A DNA stretch of 64,000 nucleotides from assembly GCA_966210885.1 (NCBI GenBank), contig CBIHLQ010000004.1, forward strand, positions 13,620-77,619. The letters are read 5' to 3'. Numbering within the stretch: the first letter of the stretch is position 1; every line of letters starts with the position of its first letter. The notes under the pieces were generated by a model. That model searched no databases. It had not been told where the DNA came from and saw only the letters and a program-made list of their open reading frames with translations. Made by a program: the position numbers and the translations under genes. The stretch is from an uncultured Pseudomonas sp. (GTDB lineage: Bacteria; Pseudomonadota; Gammaproteobacteria; Pseudomonadales; Pseudomonadaceae). Of the stretch, positions 59,501 to 64,000 are shown one piece after another.

Positions 59501-59795
59501 CTACGAGTTGCCACTCGGTGGCATTCGCCGGAGCCGTTGCCAAAGGCGTGATGCCGACAGGCAGTAAATCGAGAATAGCTTCCACGCTCTGCGCGACGAC
59601 GCTTTCGCGCAGAGCGCCGCATACACGCAAAAAATCTTCGCAACCCTGGGCTTCGATATTGTTCCGAGCGGCCAAGCGGTGCTCTTTCAGGGCATGAATC
59701 GCAGCATCGATCAGGGCATCCAAGCAAGGAGTCAAGTGCGTACTCACCGCCTGAGCCAAGCCATCCATTACTGCAGTGCGTTGCGGCATCTGCAT
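56535..59795 (-). CDS. DUF1631-like helical domain plus degenerate GGDEF plus EAL protein
   Basis: N-terminal HPVRATLDKL and LDVGWRELL DUF1631-like motifs; HDELTGLLNR...RIGGVDF; YEVLLVM, FELTET, IDDFGTG, IAEYVE, QGY; GGGGAG RBS before ATG 59795. Confidence 0.85.
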   Translation of the reverse strand: MQMPQRTAVMDGLAQAVSTHLTPCLDALIDAAIHALKEHRLAARNNIEAQGCEDFLRVCGALRESVVAQSVEAILDLLPVGITPLATAPANATEWQLVDDAEVEEMLEARRLVRQLRETLGVMEWRSCARLNAVTGAAARDRESPLSLEFMVRTLQARLHLREQPPSVRDLFYHVVAQALGRTLQTYFQQLDGLFAQFQVEPRFDPLEHPASGRRRESARHAAPDAPYRAIQQLRAFGVGATQAQSVSQEPPGKPLDAAALETALATLQSRLPPAQGWSVQSFLQQLGAEGAVLSPRQRDDAGVVAELFQQIEQEPAIATAIKPALQRLMLPVVRAAMLEPAAFADSTHPVRATLDKLIRLCDFSEPPNHVMESRVQLLIDGIVNDYRGDNQVFTRCNEELEQLLAVQQRAYSNNADRVRQYSRGRDALERAREQVGRELAKLFGSHTPRVLLDWLDVGWRELLVHELIRQGEESSEWLDDLAVIRQLNAWLQSEPNGEVGEINPVERAYEVVPVLELLRKRMESFLPGQYRHSTTLKQLQQQLLGEEPVEWLALPEPPAEEVAPLLDPAQQRWRERVQQLRVGDWLVTQRGQHLQLIWVNPACDHYVLVDRQGCEAGSFTAEGLMEQLASGWIGSAAPETQGVIQEHLQNIVGKLYRDIAHVRSHDELTGLLNRRSFEAAVAQALAASESHAFIYGHIDQFSVLNSIFGPLAGDTYLKQTAKLLAAHLPEAASLARIGGVDFAVVLPYSDEYPAGLLAETLRAAIEAHPLEWQGHSHGMTMSVGLVLTSERHDVINLFRDLQTACNTAKEEGRNRVHIYSDEIDGARTGLMAIAGRVDDIVERGELSLRVQQIAPARAAVEQLPHYEVLLVMQNELNLLDFIGAAERYNRMTKVDRWVLKRVFAELAQYPWLWAQCSGLSINLSGSSLNDDKLLEFIETLFEDYAVPPEKICFELTETAAVANLTKTADLVRYLQRFGCTFSIDDFGTGFSSYEYLKQLPVDYVKIDGSFVKEIERSPSDLAMVKSINEIAHVLGRKTIAEYVETPSIRERLVELGVDYVQGYGVELPRTLGELLASCKSDLAPA

Positions 59796-59940
59796 AGCTC
59801 CCCCTTGCATCCTGGTACAGAGCGAATCGCTGCAATACCACTATAGACATCGGCGTCGCATCCTGCGGGTGGGGTGGCAATTCGCCGCTCACCGGCAAGA
59901 ATTGCTGCTATGGGGACGTGCGCAAGGCGAGCGGCGCAAA

Positions 59941-59970
59941 CCACAAGGCCCGCAAATGCGGGCCTTGTGG
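59941..59970 (-). terminator. Terminator hairpin downstream of the acyl-CoA dehydrogenase gene
   Basis: CCACAAGGCCCGC-AAAT-GCGGGCCTTGTGG perfect 13 bp stem, short T tract on the minus strand. Confidence 0.75.
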
Positions 59971-59985
59971 ATATTACCGATTGGA

Positions 59986-61215
59986 TCAGCGACTGGCTTT
60001 TATCATGTCCTTGGACATGTACTTACCGATCTCGAACTTGCCGATAGCCATGCGGTGTACTTCGTCCGGGCCGTCGGCCAGACGCAGGGTGCGCTGCATG
60101 GCGTACCAGTAAGCCAGCGGGAAATCGTTGGAAACCCCGGCGCCTCCGTGGATCTGGATCGCGCGGTCGATCACCTTGAGCGCGACGTTCGGCGCCACCA
60201 CCTTGATCTGGGCGATTTCGCTGGCCGCGATCTTGTTGCCCACGGTATCCATCATATAAGCGGCGTTGAGCGTCAAGAGACGGGCCATGTTGATCTCCAT
60301 GCGCGAGTCGGCGATGTGATCGATATTGCCGCCCAGCCGCGCCAAGGGTTTGCCGAATGCGGTGCGGCTGACGGCGCGCTCGCACATCAACTTCAACGCG
60401 CGCTCGGCCATGCCGATCGAACGCATGCAGTGGTGAATCCGCCCCGGGCCGAGGCGACCCTGGGCGATCTCGAAACCGCGACCTTCGCCCAGCAGCACGT
60501 TCTCGTAAGGTACCCGGACGTTTTCGAACAGCACTTCGGCGTGGCCATGGGGCGCGTCGTCGTAGCCGAACACCGGCAGCGGACGAATCACTTTCACGCC
60601 CGGCGCATCCATCGGCACCAGAATCATCGAGTGCTGCTGATGGCGCGGCGCGTCGGGGTTGGTCAGGCCCATGAAGATCATGATCTTGCAGCGCGGATCG
60701 CAGGCGCCGGAGGTCCACCACTTGCGGCCGTTGATCACCCACTCGTCGCCCTCGCGGCGGGCATTGGCTTCCATATTGGTGGCGTCGCTCGATGCCACGC
60801 CCGGCTCGGTCATGGCGAAGGCCGAGCGGATCTCGCCGCTGAGCAGTGGTTTGAGCCATTGTTCTTTCTGCGCTTCGTTGGCGTAACGCACCAACACTTC
60901 CATATTGCCGGTATCGGGTGCGGCGCAGTTGAACGGCTCGGCACCAATCAACGAGCTGCCCATGATTTCCGCCAAGGGCGCGTATTCGGTGTTGGTCAGG
61001 CCGGCACCCAGTTCCGAGTCCGGCAAAAACAGGTTCCACAGGCCTTCGGCCTTGGCCTTGATTTTCAGTTCTTCCATGATCGCCGTCGGCTGCCAGCGGT
61101 CGCCCTCGTTGACCTGCTGCTCGAATACCGCCTCGGCGGGATAGACGTGGGTCTCCATAAACGCGGTGACGCGCTCACGCAGGTCCTGGACTTTAGGGGA
61201 GTAGGCGAAATCCAT
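59986..61215 (-). CDS. Acyl-CoA dehydrogenase
   Basis: [56 protein letters not shown]. Confidence 0.96.
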   Translation of the reverse strand: MDFAYSPKVQDLRERVTAFMETHVYPAEAVFEQQVNEGDRWQPTAIMEELKIKAKAEGLWNLFLPDSELGAGLTNTEYAPLAEIMGSSLIGAEPFNCAAPDTGNMEVLVRYANEAQKEQWLKPLLSGEIRSAFAMTEPGVASSDATNMEANARREGDEWVINGRKWWTSGACDPRCKIMIFMGLTNPDAPRHQQHSMILVPMDAPGVKVIRPLPVFGYDDAPHGHAEVLFENVRVPYENVLLGEGRGFEIAQGRLGPGRIHHCMRSIGMAERALKLMCERAVSRTAFGKPLARLGGNIDHIADSRMEINMARLLTLNAAYMMDTVGNKIAASEIAQIKVVAPNVALKVIDRAIQIHGGAGVSNDFPLAYWYAMQRTLRLADGPDEVHRMAIGKFEIGKYMSKDMIKASR

Positions 61216-61372
61216 GATGGGCTACCTTCTGGCGGGTGTCTGGTGGTGTTTTCAATGTGATGACGATGCTAGATCAGGGTTCTGGATTTATCTAACCTAT
61301 TTTCGTCGTGTATAAACATTCATCACCGATATATGATTCACTAATGCGGACAACCCTCGGAGCGCGCTTGGC

Positions 61373-62305
61373 ATGAATCTCAACAAGGTCGACCTGAACC
61401 TCTTCATCGTTTTCGACGCCATCTACACCGAAGCCAATCTGACCCGCGCCGGACAGATTGTCGGTATCACCCAGCCGGCGGTTTCCAACGCCCTCGCCCG
61501 TCTGCGCGAAACCTTCAACGACCCCCTGTTCGTGCGCACCGCACAAGGTATGGTGCCGACGCCGATGGCGCAGAACATCATCGGCCCGGTGCGCAACGCC
61601 CTGCAGCAATTGCGCATCTCGGTGCAGGAAAGCCGCACCTTCACCCCCGCCCAGGCGAATAAAACCTACCGCATCAGCATGACCGACCTGACCGAGGCCG
61701 TGGTCCTGCCGCCGTTGTTCCAGCGTCTGCGCCGCCTGGCGCCGAACGTGACGATCGAGAGCATGCTCTCGCGGCGCCGCGACACCACCAAGGAACTGGC
61801 CGCCGGGCGTCTGGATTTCGCCGTCGACGCGCCGCTCAACACCGACCCCCAGGTGCGTCACGTCAAGCTGATGGAAGACCGTTACGTCTGCGCCATGCGC
61901 AAAGGCCATCCGTTGTCCAAGGACAAGATCAGCCTGGACGAATACCTGTCCCTGACCCATATCCATATTTCCAGCCGCCGCAGCGGCCTGGGTTATATCG
62001 ACCTGTCGCTCGGCAAGATGGGCTTGCAACGCCGCGTGGCATTGCGCTCGCAGCACTACCTGATGGCATCCACGGTGATGCTCAATACCGACCTGGCGAT
62101 GACCGTGCCGGAACGCTTCGCCCGGCGTAACGAGCTGCATTACGTGCAATTGCCGGTGAATGACGTGCCGGCCCTGGAAACCCACCTGTACTGGCATGAA
62201 AGCACCGACCAGGACCCGGCGAACCGCTGGATGCGCGAGCAGATCATCGAAATCTGCCAGCACGTCACAGCGCAGGAAAAGAAGATCGAAAAGGCGTCGG
62301 AATGA
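61373..62305 (+). CDS. LysR family transcriptional regulator, divergent from the acyl-CoA dehydrogenase gene
   Basis: DLNLFIVFDAIY..NLTRAG..ITQPAVSNALARLR HTH. Confidence 0.96.
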   Translation: MNLNKVDLNLFIVFDAIYTEANLTRAGQIVGITQPAVSNALARLRETFNDPLFVRTAQGMVPTPMAQNIIGPVRNALQQLRISVQESRTFTPAQANKTYRISMTDLTEAVVLPPLFQRLRRLAPNVTIESMLSRRRDTTKELAAGRLDFAVDAPLNTDPQVRHVKLMEDRYVCAMRKGHPLSKDKISLDEYLSLTHIHISSRRSGLGYIDLSLGKMGLQRRVALRSQHYLMASTVMLNTDLAMTVPERFARRNELHYVQLPVNDVPALETHLYWHESTDQDPANRWMREQIIEICQHVTAQEKKIEKASE

Positions 62306-62406
62306 GGGCACCGAGCCAGCCGCTCGGGGGGACGAAATAGGCTGGGCAAACCGGCGCGCGGAGCTTATCTTGCTCCTATGAGGAGCTGCTTGTTGGGTCG
62401 TGCCGG

Positions 62407-63156
62407 ATGCGCCATTTGCTACTGCTTTGCCTTTTACTCTGCGGCGCGGCTCAGGCCCAGGAACTGCTGATTGTCGGCAACAACTATTCGGTACCGAAAA
62501 TCTATGCCGAAGCCGATGAACCCCGAGGTATGTTGGTCGACATACTTCGGTATGCCGATGCCGCCATGCCCGCACATAGCTTTACCCTGCACCTCTACCC
62601 CTGGGCTCGCGCCTACTGGATGGCAGAGGACGCCCAGGCCGGCATCGTCGGCCTGAGCTGGACGGCCGAACGCCAGCAGATTTTCGACTACTCCGAACCG
62701 CTGTTCTATGACGAAGTGCTGATCGTGGTGCGTAACGGCGAGGCGTTCGACTTCAAGGATATCGACGACCTCAAGGGGCGTCGTGTGGGGATCGGGGCCG
62801 GCGGCAGTTTCGGCGAGGAGTTCGAGCAGGCCCGTCGGCTTGGCCTGTTTCAGGTCGACGAGGATAACGGCCCGGTTTCGCGACTGAACAAATTGCTGGC
62901 CGGCCGCATCGACGTGGCCTTGATCAACCCGGGCCTGGTTGGTCTACAGCGGGCCATCGCCCAGGACCAGAAATTGCTGGCCCACGCCGGCGATATCCAG
63001 GCACTGCCCCGGCCACTCAAGCGCGACGCCAATTACCTCGGTTTCCATAAGCGGCTGGCCATGGGCGAATTTCTCAAGGCGTTCAACGAAGTGATTCGCC
63101 GCGGGTACGAGAATGGCGACATCCCGCGCCTGTTGGAGCGCTACCAGCAACCCTAG
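62407..63156 (+). CDS. Orphan family-3 solute-binding protein
   Basis: Signal peptide ending AQA, YPWARAY, DLKGRRVG. Confidence 0.8.
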   Translation: MRHLLLLCLLLCGAAQAQELLIVGNNYSVPKIYAEADEPRGMLVDILRYADAAMPAHSFTLHLYPWARAYWMAEDAQAGIVGLSWTAERQQIFDYSEPLFYDEVLIVVRNGEAFDFKDIDDLKGRRVGIGAGGSFGEEFEQARRLGLFQVDEDNGPVSRLNKLLAGRIDVALINPGLVGLQRAIAQDQKLLAHAGDIQALPRPLKRDANYLGFHKRLAMGEFLKAFNEVIRRGYENGDIPRLLERYQQP

Positions 63157-63161
63157 CGGCG

Positions 63162-64000
63162 CTACGCGCTCTCGCGCAGCACCAGTTCGAAACCGACATC
63201 GATGCAATGCTGCGCCGGTTGCTCGCCACGCATCAGGGTCAACAACATTTCCCCCGCCAACTGGCCGATGCGCCCGCGAGTGGTGCGTACCGTGGTCAGG
63301 GCCGGCTGCAACCAGGCCGCCGCCGGCAGGTCGTTGAAACCGGCGATCGCCAGCCGTTGCGGCACCACGAGGCCGAGCTGGCGGGCGCGGAACAGCGCAC
63401 CCATCGCCAGGTCGTCGTTGTTGAAGAACACCGCGTCGATTTGCGGATGCTGCGCCAGCAGGCGATCCAGCAGATTGGCGCCCAGACCGATCGAGGACAG
63501 CTCCGGGGTCAGCAATTCCAGGTTCGGGTCGTAACGCCCATGGCTGCGCATGGTCTGTCGATAGCCTTCGGCACGCTGCAAGGTGCGCGGGTCGAGTTGC
63601 GCGGCGGCAAAGGCGATATGCCGGTAACCGCGTTCGATCAGCGCTCGGGTCATGACGGCGCCGGCCTCGAATTGAGAAAAACCGACGCAGTAATCGTCCT
63701 CGGCGTCGCTCAACTCCATCATGGTGACCACTGGGCCACGGCAACCGCCGAGGATTTCCCGCGCCGTGTCGCTGCGCTCGAAGCCGGTCACCAGCAAGCC
63801 CGCGGGCTGGTGCGCGAGGTATGAGCGCAGCAGACGTTCGTCTTCTTCCGGGCGGTAGTGGCTGACGCCGATCATCATCTCGAAGCCGGCCGGCATCAGC
63901 ACCCGCTGGATGGCCTCGACGGTGTCGACGAACACCGAGTTGGACAGCGATGGAATAATCACCGCCACCAGGTTGGATTTCGAACTGGCCAAGGCCCGTG
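63162..64000 (-). CDS. gntR: LacI-family gluconate regulator GntR (5' end beyond the window)
   Basis: RALASSKSNLVAVIIPSLSNSVF, FFNNDDLAMGAL, IAGFNDL, PALTTVRT; the HTH lies outside the window. Confidence 0.85.
   Translation of the reverse strand, partial: RALASSKSNLVAVIIPSLSNSVFVDTVEAIQRVLMPAGFEMMIGVSHYRPEEDERLLRSYLAHQPAGLLVTGFERSDTAREILGGCRGPVVTMMELSDAEDDYCVGFSQFEAGAVMTRALIERGYRHIAFAAAQLDPRTLQRAEGYRQTMRSHGRYDPNLELLTPELSSIGLGANLLDRLLAQHPQIDAVFFNNDDLAMGALFRARQLGLVVPQRLAIAGFNDLPAAAWLQPALTTVRTTRGRIGQLAGEMLLTLMRGEQPAQHCIDVGFELVLRESA

Overview
This is a 64 kb window from a GC-rich Pseudomonadaceae chromosome (inferred from the gene set and REP types). The core genes are mexEF-oprN, muxABC-opmB, tpx, an alanine/glycine symporter, tamAB, xthA, a TerC-family gene, an acyl-CoA dehydrogenase/LysR pair and a partial gntR. 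Two accessory blocks interrupt them, both linked to c-di-GMP. Block 1 (about 6.0-16.2 kb) has a leftward atypical chaperone-usher pilus operon (three DUF4402-like pilins, a chaperone and an 888-aa usher). Its 5' leader carries a c-di-GMP-I (GEMM) riboswitch aptamer at 11698-11786 on the minus strand, which the ORF track cannot show. Across a decayed IS3 fragment lies a divergent operon: a small protein, a double-domain KaiC-like ATPase without the clock phosphosites, and a sensor-less GGDEF-histidine kinase fusion with a duplicated helix. Together these could form a local ATPase -> c-di-GMP -> riboswitch -> pilus circuit; this is the main candidate for an undescribed system. Block 2 (20.8-33.7 kb) is a complete ACF/Wsp-like chemosensory cluster with two duplicated MCPs and a REC-GAF-PAS-PAS-GGDEF-EAL-REC output. 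It is bracketed by two direct copies of a roughly 190 bp MITE with CTAA target duplications. Smaller observations are a candidate terC RNA motif, an uncalled 58-aa ORF, a degenerate DUF1631-GGDEF-EAL protein, sigma54 and CpxR-type sites, and several REP elements. No database searches were run; family assignments come from motif recognition.
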